Shown here one piece after another: positions 1 through 8,280 of a stretch of DNA of 64,000 nucleotides. The stretch comes from Candidatus Magasanikiibacteriota bacterium. Lineage in GTDB: Bacteria; Patescibacteriota; Patescibacteriia; Magasanikbacterales; UBA922. How positions within the stretch are numbered: the stretch's first letter is position 1; every line of letters starts with the position of its first letter. Location of the stretch: positions 6,290-70,289 of the forward strand of contig DAOOSC010000001.1 in the NCBI GenBank assembly GCA_035389585.1, given 5' to 3'. The notes under the pieces are model-generated. The model searched no databases. It had not been told where the DNA came from and saw only the letters and a list, made by a program, of their open reading frames with translations. The translations under genes and the position numbers were made by a program.

Positions 1-594
1 GTCTTTGTTTGGCTTATGGGAATTATGTACACGACAAAATTATTGGATGGGCTCGATGGTCTATCTGGTGGAATTGTTTTTATTGGTGCCTTGTTTATTG
101 GTTTCTTCTCTTTGCAGGATAAATGGTCGGATCCGGTTTCGGCCTCGTTGGCTTTTGTTTTCGCGGGTGTTCTACTTGGTTTTCTCTTGTTCAATTGGCC
201 ACCAGCAAAAGTATTTTTGGGTGAAGGTGGAAGTTTGTTGATCGGTTTCATCCTCGCGATTTTGTCGATATTATCTGGCAGTAAAATCGCTATCACCCTA
301 CTGACTCTCGGTGTGCCGGCGCTCGATGTCCTGCGAGTGATCGTGTTGCGCTTGCGTCGGGGTAAATCAATTCATGCAGGCGGTAAAGAGCATTTACATC
401 ATCGTTTGTTGGCTTTGGGTCTCGGGCCGAAGCGAGTAATTGTGCTCATGTATTCCATATCGATTGTGCTCGGTCTCGTGGCGGTATCAGTGCAGAGCCG
501 TGCGAAATTGATTACTTTTGTTGGACTTTGTTTATTAATGCTTCTTCTCGTTTTGGCCTATGATCGAGGAGGGGATCATGTGAAGAAAATATGA
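1..594 (+). CDS. MraY/WecA-like polyprenyl-phosphate HexNAc-1-phosphate transferase (glycosyltransferase family 4), 5'-truncated by the window edge
   Basis: Frame open from base 1; motifs DGLDGL, FNWPPAKVFLGEGG and HLHHRL; multiple TM segments. Confidence 0.9.
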   Translation, partial: VFVWLMGIMYTTKLLDGLDGLSGGIVFIGALFIGFFSLQDKWSDPVSASLAFVFAGVLLGFLLFNWPPAKVFLGEGGSLLIGFILAILSILSGSKIAITLLTLGVPALDVLRVIVLRLRRGKSIHAGGKEHLHHRLLALGLGPKRVIVLMYSISIVLGLVAVSVQSRAKLITFVGLCLLMLLLVLAYDRGGDHVKKI

Positions 595-1058
595 AACAAA
601 TAAAATTTAAAAAATGGCAGTTAATATTTTTTGCAATTTTTGCGATGGCATTTCTAGGATTGAAATTGTGGCAACTGCGTTGGCCGACAGCGACAATTGA
701 GCTCGGGGAGAATCGCATGCAAGTGCAAGTCGCTCGGACGGTCTATCACCAATATCGCGGATTGGGTAAGCGGGATACGCTCGCGCCGTATGATGGTTTA
801 TTATTTCTGTATGGTGAAAAAGCGCGCCATGGTATAGTGATGCGGGAGATGCGCTTTCCGATTGATATTGTCTGGCTTTCTGATGGGGTAGTGGTAGATA
901 TTGCTCCCGATGTGCAGGCTGAGCCCGGGGTAGCAGAATCTCTGCTCACTGTATATCGACCGAGATTGCCAGCCAATTTGGTGCTCGAAGTGTCGGCTGG
1001 GTGGTGCACTGAACATGGGGTGAAAATTGGATCAATCTTGAAATTACTGGAAGATTGA
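591..1058 (+). CDS. DUF192 family protein
   Basis: GL..R......GLLF, MREMRFPIDIVW and VLEV.AG motifs; N-terminal TM anchor; ATGA overlap with the upstream gene. Confidence 0.85.
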   Translation: MKQIKFKKWQLIFFAIFAMAFLGLKLWQLRWPTATIELGENRMQVQVARTVYHQYRGLGKRDTLAPYDGLLFLYGEKARHGIVMREMRFPIDIVWLSDGVVVDIAPDVQAEPGVAESLLTVYRPRLPANLVLEVSAGWCTEHGVKIGSILKLLED

Positions 1059-1115
1059 TATTTTATTCATAAAAATGGCTAGGAATAGCGGTTTTATGGC
1101 TGTGGATTTGGGGGC

Positions 1116-1144
1116 TTGACTTTATTTCGGTCTGGTGTTATCAT
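1116..1144 (+). promoter_or_regulatory. sigma70-type promoter of rplU
   Basis: TTGACT-17bp-TATCAT upstream of ATG 1181. Confidence 0.65.
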
Positions 1145-1180
1145 ATAGCAACATGAAGTTCTAATTTTAGGAAAAATATT

Positions 1181-1492
1181 ATGTTTGCAGTCATTGAAAC
1201 CGGTGGTAAGCAGTATTTAGTGCGAACCGGTGATACCGTAAAAATCGAAAAAATAAAAACACAACCGGGACAAGAAGTGGTATTTGACAAAGTTCTTCTC
1301 ACAGCTGAAGAAGACGGTACCAATGTCAAGATCGGTACGCCTTATCTCTCTGGCGCTACGGTCACCGCTCTCGTCGAGGAAGTGGGCAAAAACAAAAAAA
1401 TTCGCGTTGTGAAGTACAAGCGAAAAGTCCGCTATAAGAGAGTTATCGGACACAGACAACCGTTCTCAAAAATAAAAATCAAAAGTCTCTAA
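1181..1492 (+). CDS. rplU: 50S ribosomal protein L21
   Basis: MFAVIETGGKQY N-terminus and GHRQ C-terminal motif. Confidence 0.98.
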   Translation: MFAVIETGGKQYLVRTGDTVKIEKIKTQPGQEVVFDKVLLTAEEDGTNVKIGTPYLSGATVTALVEEVGKNKKIRVVKYKRKVRYKRVIGHRQPFSKIKIKSL

Positions 1493-1530
1493 AAATAATC
1501 CCGCCCTTCATGAAGGCGGGGTTATTTTTT
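1491..1530. terminator. Bidirectional intrinsic terminator between convergent rplU and recR
   Basis: AAAAATAATCCCGCC...GGCGGGGTTATTTTTT inverted repeat with A/T tracts on both sides. Confidence 0.85.
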
Positions 1531-1542
1531 GTGAAAATTTTT

Positions 1543-2136
1543 CTATCTTCTATTTTTCAAAGCGCTGATTAGGGTCATCTCATCGGCATATCTAATATCC
1601 GAACCCATCGGTAATCCGCGCGCTAGACGGGTAATACGTAGATCTGGACGCTGGGTTTTGGCTGATTTCGCGATGTACATGGCGGTCATTTCACCGCTCA
1701 TATCGGGGTTGAGAGAGAGGATGATTTCCTTTATCTTTGGGTCTTGGATTCGTTTCAGAAGTTCGCGGATTTTTATTTTTTTCTCCGGTTCAATTTCATC
1801 TGGTCGGAGTGTGCCGCGCAAAATATGGTACAGACCAGAAAAAGCGTGGGTATTTTCGATCACGTGAGCGTCTTGGGGTTCGGCCACAATACAGATCGTG
1901 GATTGATCACGATTTTTGTTCACACAGAGACGGCAAGGTGTTCGGTCAGAGAAATTACAGCAAATTTCACAACTCTTCACACCACCGACGAGACTTGTGA
2001 GCGCGGACGCTAATTCGCCGGCTTCTTTTTTGCCGGATTTGAGAATATGGAAAACATAACGTTCGGCCGTCCGAGCACCAACTGAGGGAAGTTTTTCGAA
2101 AGCGTCAATCAGTTTTTGAATCGGCAGCGCGTACAT
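1543..2136 (-). CDS. recR: Recombination protein RecR
   Basis: LPSVGARTAER HhH, C4 zinc finger (CEIC..C..C), Toprim domain, LARGLPMGSDIRYADE. Confidence 0.97.
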   Translation of the reverse strand: MYALPIQKLIDAFEKLPSVGARTAERYVFHILKSGKKEAGELASALTSLVGGVKSCEICCNFSDRTPCRLCVNKNRDQSTICIVAEPQDAHVIENTHAFSGLYHILRGTLRPDEIEPEKKIKIRELLKRIQDPKIKEIILSLNPDMSGEMTAMYIAKSAKTQRPDLRITRLARGLPMGSDIRYADEMTLISALKNRR

Positions 2137-2139
2137 AGA

Positions 2140-2445
2140 TTATGAGTTTATACCAGGGATATTCGGCATTCCACCCATATCACGCATTTTTGTGGCCATG
2201 ATTTTTTGGATTTTTTTCAGGGCTTCACCATGTGCATCGCGAATGCCAGCTTCGAGTTTTTCTTTTTTATCAGGAGTGAGGAGTTCAGGATCAATATTGA
2301 TATTCGCAATTCCCAAATTCCCGTCCATGGTCAATTTAATTTTTCCTCCGAGTGCTTCGGCGGTGATATTTTCTTCGGCGAGGGCGGATTGGATTTTCTT
2401 GGCTTGATCGCGGAGATCTTTGAACTGTTTTAGTTTGGCGAACAT
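2140..2445 (-). CDS. ybaB: YbaB/EbfC nucleoid-associated protein
   Basis: AKKIQ..L, GG.IK..MDG and I.IDPELL pattern; directly upstream of recR. Confidence 0.92.
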   Translation of the reverse strand: MFAKLKQFKDLRDQAKKIQSALAEENITAEALGGKIKLTMDGNLGIANINIDPELLTPDKKEKLEAGIRDAHGEALKKIQKIMATKMRDMGGMPNIPGINS

Positions 2446-2470
2446 AGAATAAACTTAAATATAATAAATT

Positions 2471-3925
2471 TTAGAAAGTAGGCATGCCAGATGGGGCGGA
2501 CGGATTCGAATTAGGTCTCGGGGTTGGTGGTGGAATATGGGCTGGTTCAGAGAATTGTGTTTCCAGATTTCGGAAACTGGATTTCTCGGCATCGAAGAAT
2601 AGGTTGACTTGGCCTGTCGGACCATTACGATGTTTCGCGACATGAATTTCAGCCAAGTTCAATTCGTCGGGTGGGATGTCTTCGACGCGGTAATTGCGAT
2701 CAGAGGCTTTGCGATAAATAAATAAAACTACATCGGCATCCTGTTCGATTGACCCTGAGTCACGCAAGTGAGCCAATTTCGGAATAGCTGGCTTGTTTTG
2801 TTCGACTGCACGTGATAACTGGGAGAGGGCGAGTACTGGTACATTGAGTTCGCGCGCAAGACCTTTCAGTCCGCGACTTATTTCGGCGACTTCTTGGACA
2901 CGGTTGTCGGTATAGCCACTGCCTGATGTGTCCATGAGTTGTAAATAGTCGATGATAATCATACCGAGGCCGTGTTCAGCTTGGAGACGGCGGGCTTTGG
3001 TACGGATTTGCATGACGGAGCTATTCGCGGAATCATCGATGAAGATCGGGGCTTCGGCGAGCATACCCATCGCATGTCCGATTCGAGGGAAATCGGTCGA
3101 ATCAGGTTTGTCGGATAAATTACCTGTACGCATTTTCCACAAATCTACCCCGGCCTCAGCACAGAGTAGGCGATCGACGAGCTGTTCTTTGCTCATTTCG
3201 AGAGAGAACATGCCGACAGGTACTTTCGCACGTACGGCCGCATTGCGAGCGATATCGAGGGCGAGAGAGGTTTTACCCACAGACGGGCGGGCGGCGAGAA
3301 TAATCAAATCAGATTTTTGGAGGCCGGCGAGGAGATTGTCTAATTTTTTGAAACCAGTTGGAATACCACGCAATTTGCCTTTTTCACGATGTAATTCATC
3401 AATACGTTCGAAAGCGTCATTCAACACCGCACGAATTGGTGTGAATGTCTGTTTCATGTGTTTTTGGGTGATACCGTAGAGGTGTTGCTGGGCTTGATCG
3501 AGAACTACATCTACATTGTCTGATTCGGAACGATAACCAAGTTCGGAAATTTCGCTGGCGGCACTGATGAGTCGGCGGAGTGTCGCTTTGCGACGTATGA
3601 TTTTCGCATATTGTACGACGTGCGCTGAAGTCGGCACGACATTGGATAGACCGACGAGGAAAGCGCGCCCACCGATCCTCTCGAGAATTTGTTTCTCTTC
3701 GAGGCGGTTGGCGATTGTGAGCACGTCGATCGGGTCGCTATTGGTGTAGGCTTCGACAATTATGGCAAATATTTCCGCATGAGCGCGTTTGTAGAAATCT
3801 TCTGCGTCCAAAATGTCGGCAATTTTCAGCATTGCTTCCCGATCAATCAAAACACAGCCGAGGAGAGACATTTCGGCTTCCAAATTGTGTGGTGGGATCT
3901 TTTCGAGTGAAGTAATATCTGGCAT
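2471..3925 (-). CDS. dnaB: Replicative DNA helicase DnaB
   Basis: PPHNLEAE, AARPSVGKT Walker A, IIDYLQL, LSQLSR, SGSIEQDAD, KHRNG; no intein. Confidence 0.98.
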   Translation of the reverse strand: MPDITSLEKIPPHNLEAEMSLLGCVLIDREAMLKIADILDAEDFYKRAHAEIFAIIVEAYTNSDPIDVLTIANRLEEKQILERIGGRAFLVGLSNVVPTSAHVVQYAKIIRRKATLRRLISAASEISELGYRSESDNVDVVLDQAQQHLYGITQKHMKQTFTPIRAVLNDAFERIDELHREKGKLRGIPTGFKKLDNLLAGLQKSDLIILAARPSVGKTSLALDIARNAAVRAKVPVGMFSLEMSKEQLVDRLLCAEAGVDLWKMRTGNLSDKPDSTDFPRIGHAMGMLAEAPIFIDDSANSSVMQIRTKARRLQAEHGLGMIIIDYLQLMDTSGSGYTDNRVQEVAEISRGLKGLARELNVPVLALSQLSRAVEQNKPAIPKLAHLRDSGSIEQDADVVLFIYRKASDRNYRVEDIPPDELNLAEIHVAKHRNGPTGQVNLFFDAEKSSFRNLETQFSEPAHIPPPTPRPNSNPSAPSGMPTF

Positions 3926-4036
3926 ATATGTAGTAGCGGTATATTACCCGATTTTGCTGTTTCGTGCAACCTCGGGAGGGGGATGAATTGTGGGTGGTTT
4001 TTGGGTGGGTAATTTAGACAGAAAACTGGGCTAGCC

Positions 4037-4065
4037 TTGAAAAACCCTCCATAAAAAAGTATAAT
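4037..4065 (+). promoter_or_regulatory. sigma70-type promoter of the methyltransferase-GT4 pair
   Basis: TTGAAA-17bp-TATAAT. Confidence 0.7.
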
Positions 4066-4104
4066 GCTCACATATCAAAAAGGCTTTGCCTAGTTTTTCT
4101 CATT

Positions 4105-5049
4105 ATGAACAATTTTCCGATAATTTGCGTTGACTGCGGAGCGGGGCTAAATCTCACCGAAACTTCATTTTCTTGTCCAGCTTGCGGGCGAGTGTATTTG
4201 ACAGTGGACGGCATCGCTATTATGCACCCGACCAATCTCGATGAATTGGCGCGCGAGGAGGCGGAGTATCATGATCATTCGCCAGAAGCCTCTGATGCTC
4301 ATCGACTTGATTATCCGCGTAATGAATATTTTCACGCGCGGATTGCAGAGGCTATATATGCGGGGGTGCCACAGGAGGAGATTTTGCTTGAAATTGGTGC
4401 GGGCGAAGGGTATGATGCACGTCGTCTCGTGAATAATTATCGTTTGGTCCTGACGGATGTGTCGCCAGGTGCTCTGAAACGCATCGGAGAAAATTTGCAA
4501 CATGAAAATATACTTGGATTAATTGCGGCGACTGGGGATCGTTTGCCGTTTGTGAATAATTCTTTTGCGGGTGTGTATATGGCGGCCACTTGGCATCATT
4601 TCACGGATGCGGAGTTGGCTTTTGGAGAATTTATGCGTGTTTTGCGTCCGGGCGGGCGACTCGTGATTGGTGTCGAGCCGAATGCTTTTTGGTTTCGACT
4701 GGTGAAAAAATTTCGCCGTTTACTCTGTCGTGCCACTCATGCTGATCCGGGTGAAGGTTCGCGTGCTGATGCAGAAATGGAGGGTTTTTCTCATTCGTAT
4801 TTACGTTCTCTGCGATCACGATCTGATGTTCGTAGTGTGAAAATTTATCCGATGTGGTTTCTGACAGGTTTTTGGCATTATGGCCTCGAGTTTATTCATC
4901 GCGTCCTGAAACGTAAAACTCGCGTGAACATTCCCAAATTTCTGGATTGGCCATTCCTCGCGGTTGATCAGATTTTATTCTGCATCCCGTTTTTTAATAG
5001 ATTGTGTTGGCATTGGGGAGTGGTGGTGGAGAAAAATATAAAATTATGA
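4105..5049 (+). CDS. Class I SAM-dependent methyltransferase with N-terminal Trm112-like zinc ribbon
   Basis: CxxC...CPAC N-terminus; LLEIGAGEG motif I; LPF..NSF, RVLRPGG. Confidence 0.88.
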   Translation: MNNFPIICVDCGAGLNLTETSFSCPACGRVYLTVDGIAIMHPTNLDELAREEAEYHDHSPEASDAHRLDYPRNEYFHARIAEAIYAGVPQEEILLEIGAGEGYDARRLVNNYRLVLTDVSPGALKRIGENLQHENILGLIAATGDRLPFVNNSFAGVYMAATWHHFTDAELAFGEFMRVLRPGGRLVIGVEPNAFWFRLVKKFRRLLCRATHADPGEGSRADAEMEGFSHSYLRSLRSRSDVRSVKIYPMWFLTGFWHYGLEFIHRVLKRKTRVNIPKFLDWPFLAVDQILFCIPFFNRLCWHWGVVVEKNIKL

Positions 5050-6236
5050 AAATCGCCATAATAAACAACATTTATCCGCCTGAACAGCGTGGTGGAGCGG
5101 AAGTGGTGGTGAAGGGGATTGTCGATATGCTTTCGGATGCGGGGCATTCGGTCGTTGTGATTGCGGGGACATCGGGTGAAGAGAGGATTCAAGATGAAGG
5201 ACGGGTGCGGATTTATCGTCTCCGTCCGCGCAATATATATTTCTACACGGATGCGAAAAATCACAACGCTCTCGTGCGGTTGGTTTGGAATTTCTATGGT
5301 ATGTTCAATTATCCGCTCGCGCGTCGGGTGCGTCGGATTCTCGAAAAAGAAAAACCAGATGTAGTACATACCCACAATTTGATTGGTTTGAGCTTCCTCA
5401 TTCCGGCACAAATTCGCGCTCTCGGTCTCGCCCATGTGCATACGGTTCATGATGTCCAGCTCGTCGAGCCGAGCGCAATTATTATCAAAAGTTTCGAAAA
5501 TACTTGGCGCTATCGTGGCCTCCCGACACGAATTTATTCGGCGATTTTGCGCTATCTTATGGGTTCGCCAAATGTAGTAATTTCACCATCCAAATTTTTG
5601 CGTTCGTTCTATTCCGCGCGTGGATTTTTTCGAAAATCACAATTTGAAATGTTGCGCAACCCGATTACCTTGAAAGCAATGTGGCGTGGACGAAAACCAG
5701 ATACAAATGTTTTCCGTTTCCTTTATCTCGGACAAGTAGAAGAACACAAAGGTATTATGACCTTGATCGAAGCTTTTCGAATTTTGTCAGGTGAGGTGTC
5801 TTCGGGAGTTGAATTGATCGTGGTCGGAGCGGGTTCACTCGAAGAGCGGGCGCGTCAAATGGCGAATAGTTTGAATATCAAATTTCTCGGATACAAAAAA
5901 CGTGATGAGCTCGCGGATATTTTCTCGACTGTGGATGTGACAGTCGTGCCGTCTTTGTGTTATGAAAATTCTCCGACTGTAATTTTCGAAAGTCGTTTGT
6001 CGGGCGTACCGATTATTGCGAGCGATATTGAAGGCGTGGCAGAATTGATTGAAAATGATGATAGTGGCTGGTTGTTCAAAGCAGGCGATGCAGTAGATTT
6101 GGCCGTCAAAATGCGCACGGTTTTTTCTTTGCGTGAAACATTGCATCGAAAACGCATCGTGCCTCCAGCGCCGAGTTCAAATAACGACTTTCATATCAAT
6201 TTGCTTTCTTTTTATCGTTCGGCGGGCAATAAGTGA
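5046..6236 (+). CDS. Glycosyltransferase family 4 (GT-B)
   Basis: MKIAII..IYPP...GGAE start, PDVVHTHN, KG, ENSPTVIFE; ATG 5046 overlaps the upstream stop (ATGA). Confidence 0.93.
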   Translation: MKIAIINNIYPPEQRGGAEVVVKGIVDMLSDAGHSVVVIAGTSGEERIQDEGRVRIYRLRPRNIYFYTDAKNHNALVRLVWNFYGMFNYPLARRVRRILEKEKPDVVHTHNLIGLSFLIPAQIRALGLAHVHTVHDVQLVEPSAIIIKSFENTWRYRGLPTRIYSAILRYLMGSPNVVISPSKFLRSFYSARGFFRKSQFEMLRNPITLKAMWRGRKPDTNVFRFLYLGQVEEHKGIMTLIEAFRILSGEVSSGVELIVVGAGSLEERARQMANSLNIKFLGYKKRDELADIFSTVDVTVVPSLCYENSPTVIFESRLSGVPIIASDIEGVAELIENDDSGWLFKAGDAVDLAVKMRTVFSLRETLHRKRIVPPAPSSNNDFHINLLSFYRSAGNK

Positions 6237-8130
6237 AGATTTTTATTTCATCATCACCAATGACCACCATATTTGGAGTGGTTTTTTCGACAGCGGTTGA
6301 GATCTTTTCGAAATCCGCCCATTTACGTGATAACGCATAGTAGATTTTCTCAGCACCGGTTTTGGTGTATAAATCATCAATGATTTTCTTGTCGTGCTCG
6401 CCGTAAGTGAATTTCAAATAGGCGTCATAAAGGGGGCTACCAGAAGGCGTGGAATAGTTGAAAACTGGTCGGCCGTCCAGGTCGAAGTATTTTGTGAAGC
6501 CGTATTTCTCGATAGAGGCGGCGGCAGTGATGATGTTGGTGAGCACAATGTAATTATTATTTGGGTTGTCGTCGTGGATGTATTGGGCTGTTTCATAATC
6601 CGCTTTGGTGACATTTTGTCCTGGGAAATAAACCTTTTTGTTGGATTGTGGATATGTGAGATACCAAGAGCAGAAAATAGCGAGAGTGAGGAATATGATT
6701 AATACACGGTCGAATTTTTTTGTAAAAGCGAGAATTTCGGTAAATGTGGCAATAGCAGGTGGAATCAGGAAGAGTGTTGCGATTTGGAGGATACGAATGG
6801 CATAGGAAATTTCTTCGGTGGTAGATAAATCGCGAATAGAGAGAGAGGCGGCGAGTAGGTAGGCGTTGAATGTGAGGATGGTGGCGCAAGCGAGGTAAAT
6901 TCGGGCGGAGCGATTTTTGATTGCTTGCCAGGTGGCGAGGGCAACTAGAATGATATAGACAAGTTTGCGGTATAAATAAATTATGTCGAGATAGAAAGGT
7001 ATAGGATTGTTTCGGAAATAATAAGGGTCAGTAAAAACTTTCAGGAAATTTTTGGCGTTTGTGAAAAAAGGTCTCCATTCAAAAGAGATTCCAGAATTGG
7101 CGATTTTTGACCAGACCAGCATGAATGTCGGAATAGCTATCAATGCGATGAGTACAAAAAGTATTTGAAGAGGTGTTGAGGTTTTCTGGTCGGATCGTCT
7201 CATGAGGAGATATGTGCCGAATAATAAAGCGAATATACCAGGTAATGGGTGGGCGAGCGCAGACAAAACCATGAATGGTAAGACGGTGGCGCGTGGTAGT
7301 TTGTTCGTGAGTATGGCAGGCGAAATCAGAATGAGGGAAAGCAGGAATACATTGGCTAGGTTGTTCGGTGTGGTGAAAATAAAAGTTGCGAGCGGAAGGG
7401 CGAGAATGGCAAAAATGGGAGCAAAAGATTTATATTTCACAAATACTTCGGATTTGTGAAAACCAATAAAGGCCGTGATAGGGATAATAATGGCTGTGAA
7501 AACAGGTGTGAGCCAGATGTCAAAAAATTTCAGAGCAAAGGGTAGGATTTTCGCGAGGCTGACGACAATCGTGTATTGCCCAATATAAAAAGGTGTTTTT
7601 GGGAGAATGAAACCGTTTTCGAGAATGTGTTTCTCAGCGGCGCGGTGGAGGAATGGATCGTAGCCGAAACCGAGACGGTAGATAAAAGAAACGACGGAGT
7701 AAGTAATGAAAAAAGCGAGAATGGCGAAATATGGGCGCGACTCTCCGCGACGATAGATGAGCAAAACGCAAAAAATAAATAGGGAATATAGGGCGTAAGT
7801 GTAGTTCGGTAGGATGAGCCAAGGCGAAGTGAGAATTCCTGTGGTCGTGTGAGTTAGAAAAGTGATGAGTATAGAAATGGAGAGGAGTACGGCCGCGATT
7901 TTGACGGGTAGTTGTTTGGGTGGGTGATTCTCAGTAGGGGTGGTTGTTTCGGGGGAGAACTTTTTCTGAATAAAAAATGTGAACAACGTGGATAGTGTGG
8001 CACTGGCCAACATCGTCCAGGCATTGAGGGAATATAAAAAGTAAGCTGTACAGGCGAAAATAGAGTACAGCGCGAGCCATAATATAGAGATGAAGAATTT
8101 TTTGTGTGGTAGGTGGGTGGTCATAGCCAT
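6196..8130 (-). CDS. Large polytopic membrane protein, putative GT-C-fold glycosyltransferase
   Basis: Many hydrophobic segments; loop motif GYDPFLHRAAE; soluble C-terminal domain; 644 aa. Confidence 0.65.
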   Translation of the reverse strand: MAMTTHLPHKKFFISILWLALYSIFACTAYFLYSLNAWTMLASATLSTLFTFFIQKKFSPETTTPTENHPPKQLPVKIAAVLLSISILITFLTHTTTGILTSPWLILPNYTYALYSLFIFCVLLIYRRGESRPYFAILAFFITYSVVSFIYRLGFGYDPFLHRAAEKHILENGFILPKTPFYIGQYTIVVSLAKILPFALKFFDIWLTPVFTAIIIPITAFIGFHKSEVFVKYKSFAPIFAILALPLATFIFTTPNNLANVFLLSLILISPAILTNKLPRATVLPFMVLSALAHPLPGIFALLFGTYLLMRRSDQKTSTPLQILFVLIALIAIPTFMLVWSKIANSGISFEWRPFFTNAKNFLKVFTDPYYFRNNPIPFYLDIIYLYRKLVYIILVALATWQAIKNRSARIYLACATILTFNAYLLAASLSIRDLSTTEEISYAIRILQIATLFLIPPAIATFTEILAFTKKFDRVLIIFLTLAIFCSWYLTYPQSNKKVYFPGQNVTKADYETAQYIHDDNPNNNYIVLTNIITAAASIEKYGFTKYFDLDGRPVFNYSTPSGSPLYDAYLKFTYGEHDKKIIDDLYTKTGAEKIYYALSRKWADFEKISTAVEKTTPNMVVIGDDEIKIFTYCPPNDKKKAN

Positions 8131-8280
8131 TGCGATACTCGGGAACGGGTGGTATAATTAGGGTATATTTATTGGCTCAATTATAGTCAATTTTGCGAAA
8201 ATATGCAAAACAGATATTTTTTTGTATAAAAATTATCCAGATTTGCTTGTTCATTGTTTGGTGAGTTAAATGTCATCTGT

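Noticed and set aside
8203-8229. In-frame upstream ATG and TAA before the 8281 membrane gene, suggesting a nonsense mutation
   Set aside because: Downstream in-frame starts give a full-length protein; no evidence for pseudogenisation.
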